Source of the DNA: an uncultured Bdellovibrionales bacterium
GTDB taxonomy: Bacteria > Patescibacteriota > Minisyncoccia > Moranbacterales > JAKLHP01
Assembly: GCA_964641975.1 (NCBI GenBank)
Contig: CAZXKY010000002.1
Location: 8,070 to 39,384, forward strand
Reading direction: 5' to 3'
DNA: 31,315 nucleotides
Part shown: piece by piece, positions 1 to 9,637 of the stretch
Layout: each line of letters starts with the position of its first letter
Numbering within the stretch: position 1 is the first letter of the stretch
The notes under the pieces: model-generated
The model's database searches: none
Told to the model about the DNA's origin: nothing
What the model saw: the letters and a program-made list of their open reading frames with translations, nothing else
Made by a program: the position numbers and the translations under genes

Positions 1-451
1 CATTATTACCGAAATAATTTCTGGATTCTTCGATAGTTAAAGATGGTTTTTCGCCGGGACAATTGACACTGGGGGCTAAAAGCGGTCCAGCTTGTCTTAA
101 AAGATCCAATAAATCTTTTTTATCTGGCATCCTGAAGGCCAATGTTTTTGTTCCCATATGAAGATGCGAAAACTTTTCTCTATCGCAAGGCAAAATTACG
201 CTTATTTTTCCAGGCCAATATTTTTTCAATGTTTTTTTGGATTCTTCGCTGATTTCAATATCAAACAATTTCAAATCTTCAATTGAATTGATTAATATGA
301 TAAACGGGCTTTGAGAATTTCTTTTTTTTAATTCAAAAATCCTGTCGAAAGCTTCCCTGGAAAGCGCGCTTCCGACTAATCCATATAAAGTATCCGTTGG
401 TAAAATGCCAATGCCATTATTCAATAATTTTTCGATAGCTATTTTATACAC
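1..451 (-). CDS. tsaC: L-threonylcarbamoyladenylate synthase (TsaC/YrdC/Sua5 family), 3'-truncated by window edge
   Basis: Not in ORF track; translated by hand from GTG at 451: VYKIAIEKLLNNGIGILPTDTLYGL...KYWPGKISVIL...LAFRMP...LLAPSVN. PTDTxYGL, WPG, FRMP and APSxN are YrdC hallmarks. Confidence 0.93.
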   Translation of the reverse strand, partial: MYKIAIEKLLNNGIGILPTDTLYGLVGSALSREAFDRIFELKKRNSQSPFIILINSIEDLKLFDIEISEESKKTLKKYWPGKISVILPCDREKFSHLHMGTKTLAFRMPDKKDLLDLLRQAGPLLAPSVNCPGEKPSLTIEESRNYFGNN

Positions 452-452
452 A

Positions 453-1433
453 CTATTTTAGAAACTTAATAAAATATTCTTTGGATTTTGATTCTTCTTT
501 AATCACTTCTTTCCATTTTTTATCAATATTGGAAACTTTTAATAATCTCCCGTCTTTCAGATATAGAGGATTGACGGCCCTAGATTTGCATATTACCCTG
601 AGGCCATTGTTTTTGCTAAATTTATATTTTATCTCCTTATTCATCCTTTTCCAAAGAAGATTCAATTTTTCATCTTTTTTGATTTTTTCTTTAACTTTAT
701 TTGTTACTTCTTTATCAGTAGTATATAAATCTTTTTCACTGATATATCCTTTATCTAAAGCGTATTTTAGGCAATCGCCCACAGTTCTAAACATTAATGC
801 CGTTGAAGGTCCGGCGTAATATTTCTTATTCATATGTTGATAGATTTTAGCAAACATTTTCGCACTTCGATAATTTTTAAAAAACCATTTTCCATCTTTC
901 GTCTCCAAATTCTTTAAAAAATAATCTATTTTTTTCCTATCTATCACATTGAAACATCTGGCATCACGAAAAAAATAATCAATCCTATCAGCACAAATGT
1001 CCGGAAGATTTTTTTCTTTAAGTGAAAAATTTTTATCATCAAGGATGTAGCTTAAATTTATTTTATATTTTTTGAGTATGCTGGGAATCTCTGTTTTTTT
1101 GACATATTCTTCAAAAATATCATCTTGATGGCTTTGCTTTTCGGCCGTTTTTCTCTTTAAAACATAGTCGACACAATGAGAAAAGGCTGCATGGGAAACA
1201 TCATGAATAAGGCCGGCTATTTGCTCGTCAAGAGTGGCTCCGTGTTTTCGAAGCAAACAAAAAACACCCATTGAATGCTCAAACCTATTAGTTTTTGCTC
1301 CCGAAAGATACGATCTGATATATCCCTGCTGATTAATCTTCCTGAGTCTTTGCATCGATGAGCATTTAATCAGCTCTAAAATCACCGGTTCTTTGATATT
1401 ATATTTTCCATAAATCTCGTCTTTGTAAATCAT
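453..1433 (-). CDS. HD-domain phosphohydrolase (YwfO/SAMHD1-like dNTPase family)
   Basis: MQRLRKINQQG, RFEHSMGV, LIHDVSH (HD) and ADRIDY motifs. Confidence 0.85.
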   Translation of the reverse strand: MIYKDEIYGKYNIKEPVILELIKCSSMQRLRKINQQGYIRSYLSGAKTNRFEHSMGVFCLLRKHGATLDEQIAGLIHDVSHAAFSHCVDYVLKRKTAEKQSHQDDIFEEYVKKTEIPSILKKYKINLSYILDDKNFSLKEKNLPDICADRIDYFFRDARCFNVIDRKKIDYFLKNLETKDGKWFFKNYRSAKMFAKIYQHMNKKYYAGPSTALMFRTVGDCLKYALDKGYISEKDLYTTDKEVTNKVKEKIKKDEKLNLLWKRMNKEIKYKFSKNNGLRVICKSRAVNPLYLKDGRLLKVSNIDKKWKEVIKEESKSKEYFIKFLK

Positions 1434-1439
1434 ATTAGG

Positions 1440-1468
1440 ACTATATAACAGAAAAACTCCGAAAACAA
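1440..1468 (-). promoter_or_regulatory. Putative sigma70 promoter giving a leaderless HD-gene mRNA
   Basis: TTGTTT-17 bp-TATAGT, then 6 nt to the ATG at 1433. Confidence 0.45.
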
Positions 1469-1487
1469 GTAATCTTGCTTATTTATA

Positions 1488-1516
1488 TTGACCTTTTCGT
1501 TCCCAACTGATACACT
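1488..1516 (+). promoter_or_regulatory. sigma70 promoter for the rpmH operon
   Basis: TTGACC-17 bp-TACACT with extended -10 TG. Confidence 0.7.
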
Positions 1517-1613
1517 CTTAAATAGTTTATTACACATAAAATACATAGCATTGAGCATATAACATTTGTATTTTTACAAACTGTTCTCTGTTCCCTGTTC
1601 TATGTTTCATGTC

Positions 1614-1748
1614 ATGAAACGAACTTACCAGCCAAAAAAGTTAAAAAGAAAACGAAGACACGGATTTAAGAAAAGAATGCGCACTAAAGACGGACAAAAT
1701 GTAATTAAAGCCCGAAGAAGAAAGGGAAGAAAAAAATTAACAGTATAG
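1614..1748 (+). CDS. rpmH: 50S ribosomal protein L34
   Basis: [22 protein letters not shown]...; true start is ATG 1614, not the track's 1566. Confidence 0.98.
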   Translation: MKRTYQPKKLKRKRRHGFKKRMRTKDGQNVIKARRRKGRKKLTV

Positions 1749-1830
1749 GTTCATATAACACATAGCATAGAACATATAAATATTTTTTAAAAAATCGTTT
1801 CATGTTCCATGTTTTATGTTTAATGCTTAT

Positions 1831-2163
1831 ATGCTTCCAATTAAAAACCGCCTCATTAAAAGAACAGATTTTAACAACGTTTACCGCAAGGGCGCTTTTT
1901 TTTCCGAAGGTCCGCTTTCTTTGAAAATAACTCCCAACGAAAGAGAAACAGCCAGAATCGGATTTTCCATTGAAAAGAAATTTTTCAAAAAAGCAGTAGA
2001 AAGAAATAAAATCAAAAGGCTACTCAGAGAAGCCTTTTACCAAAATCTTAAAAAAATAAAAGAAGGGGTTGATATTGTCGTTTTTTACAAAAAAAGCGAA
2101 GAAAATCCCAGTTTTAAAGCAATTTTGAAGTTAGTTGAAAAAATAATCAATAAAATAAAATAA
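1831..2163 (+). CDS. rnpA: Ribonuclease P protein component
   Basis: MLPIKNRL...F..VY; RIGFSIEKK; KAVERNKIKRLLRE (RNR motif); directly follows rpmH. Confidence 0.95.
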   Translation: MLPIKNRLIKRTDFNNVYRKGAFFSEGPLSLKITPNERETARIGFSIEKKFFKKAVERNKIKRLLREAFYQNLKKIKEGVDIVVFYKKSEENPSFKAILKLVEKIINKIK

Positions 2164-2167
2164 TAAA

Positions 2168-2932
2168 ATGTTTCAAATTTTTTATCCGACAATTTATCAA
2201 CCTTTGTATAATATTCTGATTTTTCTTTATAACCACTTTGCTTTTCATGATTTTGGAATTGCCATAATTATTATCACCTTAATTCTCAAGACTATCTTGC
2301 TTCCGCTTTCCAAAAAACAGATCGAGTCCCAGAAAAAAATGCAGGAGATGCAACCAAAGATAAAGGAAATACAAAACAAATACAAAGACAATAAAGAGAA
2401 ACAATCTCAGGAGCTCATGAAATTCTACAAGGAAAATAAAACCAACCCATTTGGCGGATGCCTTCCGATGATAATCCAATTGATTTTCTTAATTGCAATT
2501 TACCAGGTATTCTTCAGAATTTCATCCAATAACCTAAACGTTCAAGGTGAAGTTCTTTATTCTTTTGTAGCCAATCCGGGGCAAATTAACAACATGTTTA
2601 TTGGCATTATCGACCTGGCAAAATCAAGTATTCCGCTAGCAATCATGGCTGCTGCCGCACAGTTCTATCAGACAAAGATGCTAATGGCTAAACAAAAACC
2701 AGCCGCCCCTAGCAAAGATGGAAAGAATCCTGATTTTTCCCAGATTATGAACAAGCAGATGCTTTATCTCGGGCCAGCACTGACCCTTTTCATTGGAATA
2801 AAATTTCCCGCAGGACTCGCACTTTATTGGTTAGTTTCTACCCTGTTTGCCATCGGACAACAAATGTATTTGGAAAAAGATTTTCCGTTTTTCAAAAAAA
2901 TCAATACTGCAAAAGTAGTTTCAAAAAAATAG
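2168..2932 (+). CDS. yidC: Membrane protein insertase YidC/Oxa1 (short form)
   Basis: FGIAIIIITLILK, MQEMQPKIKEIQ, NPFGGCLPMIIQ, PAGLALYW; conserved synteny. Confidence 0.96.
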   Translation: MFQIFYPTIYQPLYNILIFLYNHFAFHDFGIAIIIITLILKTILLPLSKKQIESQKKMQEMQPKIKEIQNKYKDNKEKQSQELMKFYKENKTNPFGGCLPMIIQLIFLIAIYQVFFRISSNNLNVQGEVLYSFVANPGQINNMFIGIIDLAKSSIPLAIMAAAAQFYQTKMLMAKQKPAAPSKDGKNPDFSQIMNKQMLYLGPALTLFIGIKFPAGLALYWLVSTLFAIGQQMYLEKDFPFFKKINTAKVVSKK

Positions 2933-3021
2933 ATTTATAAAGTTTTAATTAAGATTTTAATAATAGAAAGGTTTCTTTTGGATTTTTCATAAAAAATCCA
3001 TCTGAAATTCTCTTGCCAGAT

Positions 3022-3501
3022 ATGGAAGAAAATAGTAAAAAAATAATCCAAGAATCTGTTAAGGAACTTCTGGAAAAAGCCGGGTTTCCTTCTGAAGTGG
3101 AGATAACCGAGTCTCATTCAGATGATCAAGATGGCATAATCTGCAACGTAAAAACAACCGAAGATTCCAATTTGCTTATTGGACAATACGGAGTAAACCT
3201 TCAGGCTTTCCAGCATATTGCCAGACTAGTGATAAGAAAAAAACTTTCTGAAGAGAGAGTAAACTTTACTTTAGACGTAAATTCATACCGAGACCAAAAA
3301 AACCAAGCCATCATTGAACAGGCCGATGAAGCTGCCAAACAAGCAATCAATGAAGGACGAGTAATCATAATGAAACCGATGTCTGCTTACGAAAGAAGAT
3401 TGGTCCATATGGAACTTTCAAAAAATGATAAAGTGGCAACTGAAAGCGTCGGAGAGGGAGAAAACCGAAAAATCTTAGTTAAACCCGTAAACCTTATTTA
3501 G
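3022..3501 (+). CDS. jag: Jag/KhpB (EloR) KH-R3H RNA-binding protein lacking the Jag_N domain
   Basis: LLIGQYGVNLQAFQ (KH), DVNSYR, MSAYERRLVH (R3H), SVGEGENR; follows yidC. Confidence 0.92.
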   Translation: MEENSKKIIQESVKELLEKAGFPSEVEITESHSDDQDGIICNVKTTEDSNLLIGQYGVNLQAFQHIARLVIRKKLSEERVNFTLDVNSYRDQKNQAIIEQADEAAKQAINEGRVIIMKPMSAYERRLVHMELSKNDKVATESVGEGENRKILVKPVNLI

Positions 3502-3617
3502 AATTTTAAGTTTTAAGTTCTAAATTTTAAATAAATTTTAAATTTATAAATGATTAAATGTTTTGGTTTTGTCATTTTGTAATTTAATTTAAAATTTAGC
3601 CTTTTAAATTACCGCCT

Positions 3618-5072
3618 ATGGCTGTTGTCAGAAAAATCGCTTATAATGTATTTTTCAATGCTACTGCCAAAATCCTGGCCACTGTTTTAGCCTTAGTTTC
3701 AATTGGATTTATCACCCGCTATCTTGGTCGAGATGGATTCGGAGATTATGCAACCGTTCTCGCATTTTTTTCTTTTTTCGGATCTTTGGCGGACTTAGGA
3801 CTTTATTCAATCGCCACCAGAGAAATTTCAAGAGTGGGAGCCGACGAAAAGAAAATAATGGGAAACGTTTTTTCATTAAGATTATTTTCTTCTTTAACGG
3901 TTTTTCTTTTTTCTCCCCTTGTTTTTCTCCTTCCGTATTCCCATGAACTTAAAATTGGGATTATTATTGCCGCTGCTTCTTTCGTTTTTTCCGCATCATA
4001 CTCAGTCCTCAACGGAATATTCCAAAAATATTTGGTTATGGACAGAGTGGCAATAACCGAGCTTATTGGAAAAGTAATCCAGCTTTCAATAATCATCCTG
4101 GCTGTCAAAATGGACTGGGGATTTTCAGTGATTATTTCTTCGCTTCTTTTCTACATGATTTTCAATTTTGTTGTAATTCTCATTCTTAGCCGAAAATACA
4201 TCAGATTTAAAATTGAAATTGATTTTGATTACTGGAAAAAATTCCTAAAGGAATCTCTTCCAATGGGAATCGCCGTTGTTATAACTTTTTTATACTTCAA
4301 GACCGATACTATAATGCTTTCCATGATGCAATCCAGTTCCGATGTGGGAATTTACAATGCCGCTTATAAGGTTATTGAAAATATCACCTTTTTCCCAGCA
4401 ATGCTGATCGGTTTAATTTTACCTTTAACTGCACGCTATATCTTCACCGACAAAGAAAAGTTCCAAAATATTTCCGATAAGACATTCAAGGTTCTTCTGG
4501 TTTTAATAATACCTGTCGTAATTGGAGCCTTATTTTTAGCAGATGGAATAATTCGATTGATTGGCGGTGGAGGATTCGCAGAATCAGCCAATGTGCTTCG
4601 CATCATAATTTTTTCCTTGGCTTTCATTTTCTTCGGTAGCTTCTTCAATAATGTTCTTCTGGCCGGAAATCTTCAAAAAAAATTGATGATAGCTTTGGGA
4701 TTTTGCGCTGTTTTTAACATTTCTCTTAATTTTTACCTGATTCCGCATTACTCCTATTTGGGCGCTTCTTATACTTCGGTTTTCACTGAAATGTTAGTAG
4801 CCTCTTTCGGATTTTATCTGACAAAAAAACATCTAAAATATACTCCCAGAGTAAACAACTTAGGAGGAATGCTTATCTCAGGATTGGCCATGGCTGCGTT
4901 TCTTTTCTTCTCTCAGGAATGGAATTTATTCTTAGCTGCTCCAGCTAGCGCCATAGTCTATTTCGCCTCTCTCTATTTGACCAAATCCATAAGCCAAGAA
5001 GAAATCAAAAGTCTTTTTAACAGAGATAAGGTTCAAATTGAAGAAGTGTTTCCCGAAGAACCAATCGGATAA
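3618..5072 (+). CDS. Wzx-type polysaccharide flippase
   Basis: RYLGRDGFGDY, DLGL, many TM segments, VGIYNAAYK, YSYLGASY. Confidence 0.9.
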   Translation: MAVVRKIAYNVFFNATAKILATVLALVSIGFITRYLGRDGFGDYATVLAFFSFFGSLADLGLYSIATREISRVGADEKKIMGNVFSLRLFSSLTVFLFSPLVFLLPYSHELKIGIIIAAASFVFSASYSVLNGIFQKYLVMDRVAITELIGKVIQLSIIILAVKMDWGFSVIISSLLFYMIFNFVVILILSRKYIRFKIEIDFDYWKKFLKESLPMGIAVVITFLYFKTDTIMLSMMQSSSDVGIYNAAYKVIENITFFPAMLIGLILPLTARYIFTDKEKFQNISDKTFKVLLVLIIPVVIGALFLADGIIRLIGGGGFAESANVLRIIIFSLAFIFFGSFFNNVLLAGNLQKKLMIALGFCAVFNISLNFYLIPHYSYLGASYTSVFTEMLVASFGFYLTKKHLKYTPRVNNLGGMLISGLAMAAFLFFSQEWNLFLAAPASAIVYFASLYLTKSISQEEIKSLFNRDKVQIEEVFPEEPIG

Positions 5073-5080
5073 AACTTTAT

Positions 5081-5968
5081 ATGAACAATTCAAAAGTCTT
5101 TATTATAATTTTAAACTACAACGGAAGAGATACCATTAAAAAATGTCTCGACTCCGTTTTTTATTCTGATTATCAAAATTTTGAAGTCGTCATAGTCGAC
5201 AATGATTCAAAAGACGGGTCCCTTGAACTTGCTAAGGAAATTTTTCCAAAATTCCATTTCATAAAAAATGAAAAAAACGTTGGATTTTCCAAAGGAAATA
5301 ATATTGGTATTCGCTTTGCTTTGGAAAAAATGGCCGATTATATTTTTCTCCTTAATAATGATGCTATCATAGAAAAAAATACTATTTCAAAACTAGTCGA
5401 AGCGGCAGAGAAAGAAAAAGGGGAGGCTGGCATTTTTAGTCCGTTAATTTATAATCGAGAAAATAGGATTTGGTTTGCCGGAGGAAGAATAAAATGGCTT
5501 CAAATGAAAGCGATCCACGAAGGCCATATTTCAGAGAAAAACCATCCCTACAAAACCGACTATATTTCCGGATGCGCAATGCTTGTTAAAAAAGAGGTTT
5601 TCAAGAAGATAGGCCTCTTTAGTGAAGATTATTTCCTTTATTATGAAGACGCCGACTTTTGCGTCCGAGCTCGAAAGAATGGATTTGAATGTATGATTAT
5701 TCCAAACGCAAAATCGACTCATTTTGAAAAAAGCGAATCGGACTTATCCAATAAACTTTACTGGCTGGTTATTTCTGGACTCATCTTCTTCGAAAAAAAT
5801 ACCCCGAAAATATTAAAGTTTTGGGTTCGACCATATCTACATCTTCGAAAGGTAAAAAATATGCTGGATAATCTGAATAACAAAAACAAATACGCACCTA
5901 TCGTCAAAAAGGCTCATACTGACTTTAAAATATGGAAACAAAACCGCAAATATCCTTTATCATCGTAA
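5081..5968 (+). CDS. Glycosyltransferase family 2 (RfbF/WbbL-like)
   Basis: IIILNYNG, VVIVDNDS, NVGFSKGNNIG, LLNND, SGCAML, YYEDADF. Confidence 0.92.
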   Translation: MNNSKVFIIILNYNGRDTIKKCLDSVFYSDYQNFEVVIVDNDSKDGSLELAKEIFPKFHFIKNEKNVGFSKGNNIGIRFALEKMADYIFLLNNDAIIEKNTISKLVEAAEKEKGEAGIFSPLIYNRENRIWFAGGRIKWLQMKAIHEGHISEKNHPYKTDYISGCAMLVKKEVFKKIGLFSEDYFLYYEDADFCVRARKNGFECMIIPNAKSTHFEKSESDLSNKLYWLVISGLIFFEKNTPKILKFWVRPYLHLRKVKNMLDNLNNKNKYAPIVKKAHTDFKIWKQNRKYPLSS

Positions 5969-6705
5969 ATTACAATAGCACTCATTATATTGAAAGATGT
6001 TTGAGTTTGCTTCTTCTTAAATCTGAAAATATTGAAAAAGAAATTATTATCGTCAGCAACGATGGTTTCCTTTTAAGTGCGGATAGTCGCATCAAAATAT
6101 TAACTTCTTCCCAAAATTCTGGATTTGGAAGCGCTTGCAATTTGGGAGCCAAAGAAGCCCTTGGAAAATATCTTTGCTTTCTCAATCCTGACACTGAAAT
6201 TGTTTCAGATAATTTTCAGGAAATTATTTCTGAATTTGAAAATAATGAAAAAACTGGAGTTATTGGAATAAGGCTCGAGAAAGAAAATGAAAAGATACAG
6301 GAGTGGAGCGCCGGAAAAGAAATGAATCTTTGGGATATTATTGGGAATAATCTAGGGCTTAAGCGAAGTAAAAAAATTTGGGAAAGTAAAGAAAAAGTTG
6401 AATGCTTCTGGGTTAGCGGAGCTTGCCTTTTCATCCGAAGAGAATTATTCGAAGAACTCGAAGGATTTGATGAAAAATTTTTCTTGTATTTCGAGGATAT
6501 TGATCTTTGCAAGCGCGCAATAAATCTAAATTATAAAATATTATATTTTCCCAAATTCATCATTAAACATTTCGGCGGGAAAAGTTCTGGAAGCAAAAAA
6601 GAGCAAAAAAAACACTACTATTCTTCGCAAGATTATTACTTTCAAAAGCATTTTGGAAAAATATATTCTTTAATGATAAAAATAATAAGAGAATTGACAT
6701 TTTGA
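5932..6705 (+). CDS. Glycosyltransferase family 2 (WbbL-like)
   Basis: IIVNYNS, NSGFGSACNLG, FLNPD, VSGACL, FFLYFEDIDLC. Confidence 0.92.
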   Translation: METKPQISFIIVNYNSTHYIERCLSLLLLKSENIEKEIIIVSNDGFLLSADSRIKILTSSQNSGFGSACNLGAKEALGKYLCFLNPDTEIVSDNFQEIISEFENNEKTGVIGIRLEKENEKIQEWSAGKEMNLWDIIGNNLGLKRSKKIWESKEKVECFWVSGACLFIRRELFEELEGFDEKFFLYFEDIDLCKRAINLNYKILYFPKFIIKHFGGKSSGSKKEQKKHYYSSQDYYFQKHFGKIYSLMIKIIRELTF

Positions 6706-6722
6706 AATAATAATGATAGTTT
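6694..6722 (+). promoter_or_regulatory. Putative sigma70 promoter for the orphan ORF at 6755
   Basis: TTGACA-17 bp-TAGTTT with extended TG; SD AAGGAGGT lies before the ATG. Confidence 0.5.
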
Positions 6723-6754
6723 ATCAACAAATATAGCAAGCAAAGGAGGTTTAC

Positions 6755-6997
6755 ATGTCAACATTTCTTAATGGTTGTTTATTGGATAGAACAGATGATA
6801 ATCCTGCAGATGAAATTATGGTTTTGGGATTTGCATCTCATCCGATTCCAGTGAGAATCATTGCGATTCTCGAGGATTGCGCGCAAATAGAAATAGTACC
6901 GAAAGTTCATCCTTTCTATAAAATTCCTATCTCAGAAGAGATCGTTGGATTTTACACAGTTCCTCTATCAATCTTAATAGCAAAAAGAAGCTACTAA
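6755..6997 (+). CDS. Hypothetical protein (80 aa)
   Basis: Perfect SD, own promoter and terminator; no recognisable motif. Confidence 0.65.
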   Translation: MSTFLNGCLLDRTDDNPADEIMVLGFASHPIPVRIIAILEDCAQIEIVPKVHPFYKIPISEEIVGFYTVPLSILIAKRSY

Positions 6998-7014
6998 TAC
7001 ACACATACAGTCTC

Positions 7015-7048
7015 GGAGGAGCAAACACGCCAGTTTACTCCTCCTTTT
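7015..7048 (+). terminator. Intrinsic terminator
   Basis: GGAGGAGCAAAC-acgcca-GTTTACTCCTCC (one mismatch) followed by TTTT. Confidence 0.75.
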
Positions 7049-7173
7049 CTATCTAACTTTAATAGCTCATAAAAAAATAACTTGGAAAAATAACAGTTAA
7101 TCTGATAGAATTAGTCATGTAGCTTAAGCCTTTTTTAATTTTAGTTATTAGAAATTAGAAATTTTAAATAATT

Positions 7174-8430
7174 ATGCTCTACAAACTACTTTTACTATTT
7201 TGTCTTTACCTTCCTTTCCAACTTGCTCTCAATGCCTCTGAGGGCTTTGATTTGGCAGCAGGGCGGGTTTTCGCACTGATCCTGGGCATCCTATGGCTTT
7301 TCAAAAGCTTGACTCAAAAAAAACTTCTTATTCCCAACCGGATTCAATCTTTACTTCTTCTTTCCTTCCTCTTTTTAAGCGCTTTTTCCTTTATTTTCGC
7401 TCAGAATATTGATTGGGCTTATCGCAAACTGTTATTCTTGATGTCTTTTATTCCATTATATTTTATTGTTGCCGATATTGCCCAGATTAAAGAAAGGGCG
7501 AGAAAGATAATCGAATTCCTAATTTATGGAGCCGGATTAATTTCATTAGTGGGAATCCTTCAATTTATCTTACAATTTTTTATTGGAATAGATGAAGCTC
7601 TTTCGCTTTGGCAAAGAATCATTGCGCCATTTTTGGGAAATAGCTTCTCCCAATCCGTATTCCAATACCCAAGTTGGCTTGTCGGAGTTGCTGATAGCAC
7701 TTATATGCGCGCCATCGCTTTTTTTCCGGATCCGCATATGTTTTCTTTCTATCTCGGAATGCTTTTGCCATTTTCAATTGCCCTATATGCAACCTCAAAA
7801 AGAAACCGGTTTCTTGTGATTTCTGCTAGTATTTTGGTTGCCGATATTCTAACCTTTTCCCGGGGAGGATATCTAGGATTGCTTGCCGGATTAATTTTTG
7901 CGCTATTCATCTTCAAAAACAAGCTAATAGGAAGTTTCTCGCTTAAAAAATTTATTGCCCTAAATATCTTTATTTTATTAATTGCGATTGGCATAATGAT
8001 CCCTAACCCAGCAAGTGATCGACTATTCTCCAGTTTTGATACAAGTGAAGGGTCAAACATGGAAAGATTTAAAAATTGGAACCAATCACTGGAAGTAATT
8101 AAAAAAAATCCTCTAGGAGTTGGGATTGGAAATTATTCCTTGGAAATAAAGCCGAGCGCTGATTATCGAGAACCTATTTACTCTCACAACACATACCTGG
8201 ATATCGCCGCCGAAACAGGAGTTATAAATGCATTGATTTTTATTTGGCTGATAATTATTTCCGTCTTTAGCTTCATAAAGCTAGGAAACAAAAATAAATT
8301 TTATTTAGCCGGAGCAATTAGTCTTACGATATTTTCTGTTCATTCGATTTTCGAAACTCCTTTATATTCAATTCAAATATTACCCTTGCTCTTGATAATT
8401 TTTGCTCTAAGCGCTACTAAGAATGAATAA
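7174..8430 (+). CDS. O-antigen ligase / O-oligosaccharyltransferase-like (Wzy_C) membrane protein
   Basis: Multi-TM; FFPDPHMFSFYL, TFSRGG, GVGIGNY, HNTYLDIAAETG. Confidence 0.85.
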   Translation: MLYKLLLLFCLYLPFQLALNASEGFDLAAGRVFALILGILWLFKSLTQKKLLIPNRIQSLLLLSFLFLSAFSFIFAQNIDWAYRKLLFLMSFIPLYFIVADIAQIKERARKIIEFLIYGAGLISLVGILQFILQFFIGIDEALSLWQRIIAPFLGNSFSQSVFQYPSWLVGVADSTYMRAIAFFPDPHMFSFYLGMLLPFSIALYATSKRNRFLVISASILVADILTFSRGGYLGLLAGLIFALFIFKNKLIGSFSLKKFIALNIFILLIAIGIMIPNPASDRLFSSFDTSEGSNMERFKNWNQSLEVIKKNPLGVGIGNYSLEIKPSADYREPIYSHNTYLDIAAETGVINALIFIWLIIISVFSFIKLGNKNKFYLAGAISLTIFSVHSIFETPLYSIQILPLLLIIFALSATKNE

Positions 8431-9637
8431 GTTTACAAAAATCCTAATCTACATTACTGTTTTTTTGATTCCCACTTATTTAATAAAGTTCGGTATCTTT
8501 GGCATTCCGACTAATGTTTTGGAGATATTAATCTATTTAGCATTCATTTCCTGGATATTTGAAAAACAAAAAGTAAATTGGAAAAAATTGTTTCAAGAAT
8601 ATAAAATATATATCGTTTCCATTTTACTGATATTTCTCGGACTCATGTTATCAACTTTGATAAACAAAAATTACCAAGTCGGATTCGGAGTAATCAGGGG
8701 CTGGTTTTTTGATCCACTGCTTTTTTCCTTCGTTTTGATCCAGAAAATAAAGGAGCAAAAGAATATTGAAAATATCCTTAAAATCCTTTATTTTTCAGCT
8801 TTTACAGTGAGTCTTATAGCTCTTGAATATTTTTTCTATGGAAATCTTTCTTATGACGGAAGACTTTCGGCTTTTTGGAGTTCCCCTAACTACTTGGCAA
8901 TGTTTTTAGCTCCAGCAATTTTTATTGGAATACATCTTTTAAAAAGTAACAAACAAGAGCCAAAAAATAAAAATGTCATAATGATTTTCTCACTGATTAT
9001 AATCGCTTTTATAATTTACCTGACTCATTCTTATTCAGTTTGGGCATCGATAGTTCTGGGATTGCTAATTGCTGAATTGATAACAAAAAGAATAAACAAA
9101 AAATTTATAACTATTTCTTTCTTAATAATTTTATTCGCTTTTTTGACCCAATTTGGCAATCCCAAACTTAAAGATATTTTTTCCGAGCGTTCATCTCTAA
9201 GTTCAAGAATAATGATTTGGAAATCATCTGCTTTGATGCTAAAAAATAATTTCATTTTTGGAATCGGTCCGGGAAATTTTCAAAATAAATATTTGGAATA
9301 TCAAAAATATTTTCCGCCTTATTTGGAATGGGCAGTTCCCGAGCCGCATAATATATACCTGGCTTTTTGGCTCCAAAGCGGAATCATTGGGTTCACCGGA
9401 TTTATTATTCTTATTTTTTCTTGGCTCAAAAAAATCACAAAAGAAATATTAAATAATCAAAAAAACAGCCATATCTTGGCTGTTTCATTGGGAATTATGA
9501 CTTATATATTAATTCACGGAATATTTGACACTACTTATTGGAAAAATGACCTTTCTCTTGTTTTTTGGATAATATTTTCTATGGCTCTTCTGATTCAAGA
9601 CCGCGTGAAACTTGCTGAGCGCATTCCAAACTGCTAG
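8423..9637 (+). CDS. O-antigen ligase / O-oligosaccharyltransferase-like (Wzy_C) membrane protein
   Basis: GRLSAFWSSPNYLA, SRIMIW, GIGPGNF, PHNIYLAFWLQSGIIG. Confidence 0.85.
   Translation: MNKFTKILIYITVFLIPTYLIKFGIFGIPTNVLEILIYLAFISWIFEKQKVNWKKLFQEYKIYIVSILLIFLGLMLSTLINKNYQVGFGVIRGWFFDPLLFSFVLIQKIKEQKNIENILKILYFSAFTVSLIALEYFFYGNLSYDGRLSAFWSSPNYLAMFLAPAIFIGIHLLKSNKQEPKNKNVIMIFSLIIIAFIIYLTHSYSVWASIVLGLLIAELITKRINKKFITISFLIILFAFLTQFGNPKLKDIFSERSSLSSRIMIWKSSALMLKNNFIFGIGPGNFQNKYLEYQKYFPPYLEWAVPEPHNIYLAFWLQSGIIGFTGFIILIFSWLKKITKEILNNQKNSHILAVSLGIMTYILIHGIFDTTYWKNDLSLVFWIIFSMALLIQDRVKLAERIPNC

Noticed and set aside
9579-9637. 59-bp convergent overlap between the ligase and the anchored protein
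   Set aside because: The ligase tail after its last TM is short and unremarkable; such overlaps are common in compact genomes.
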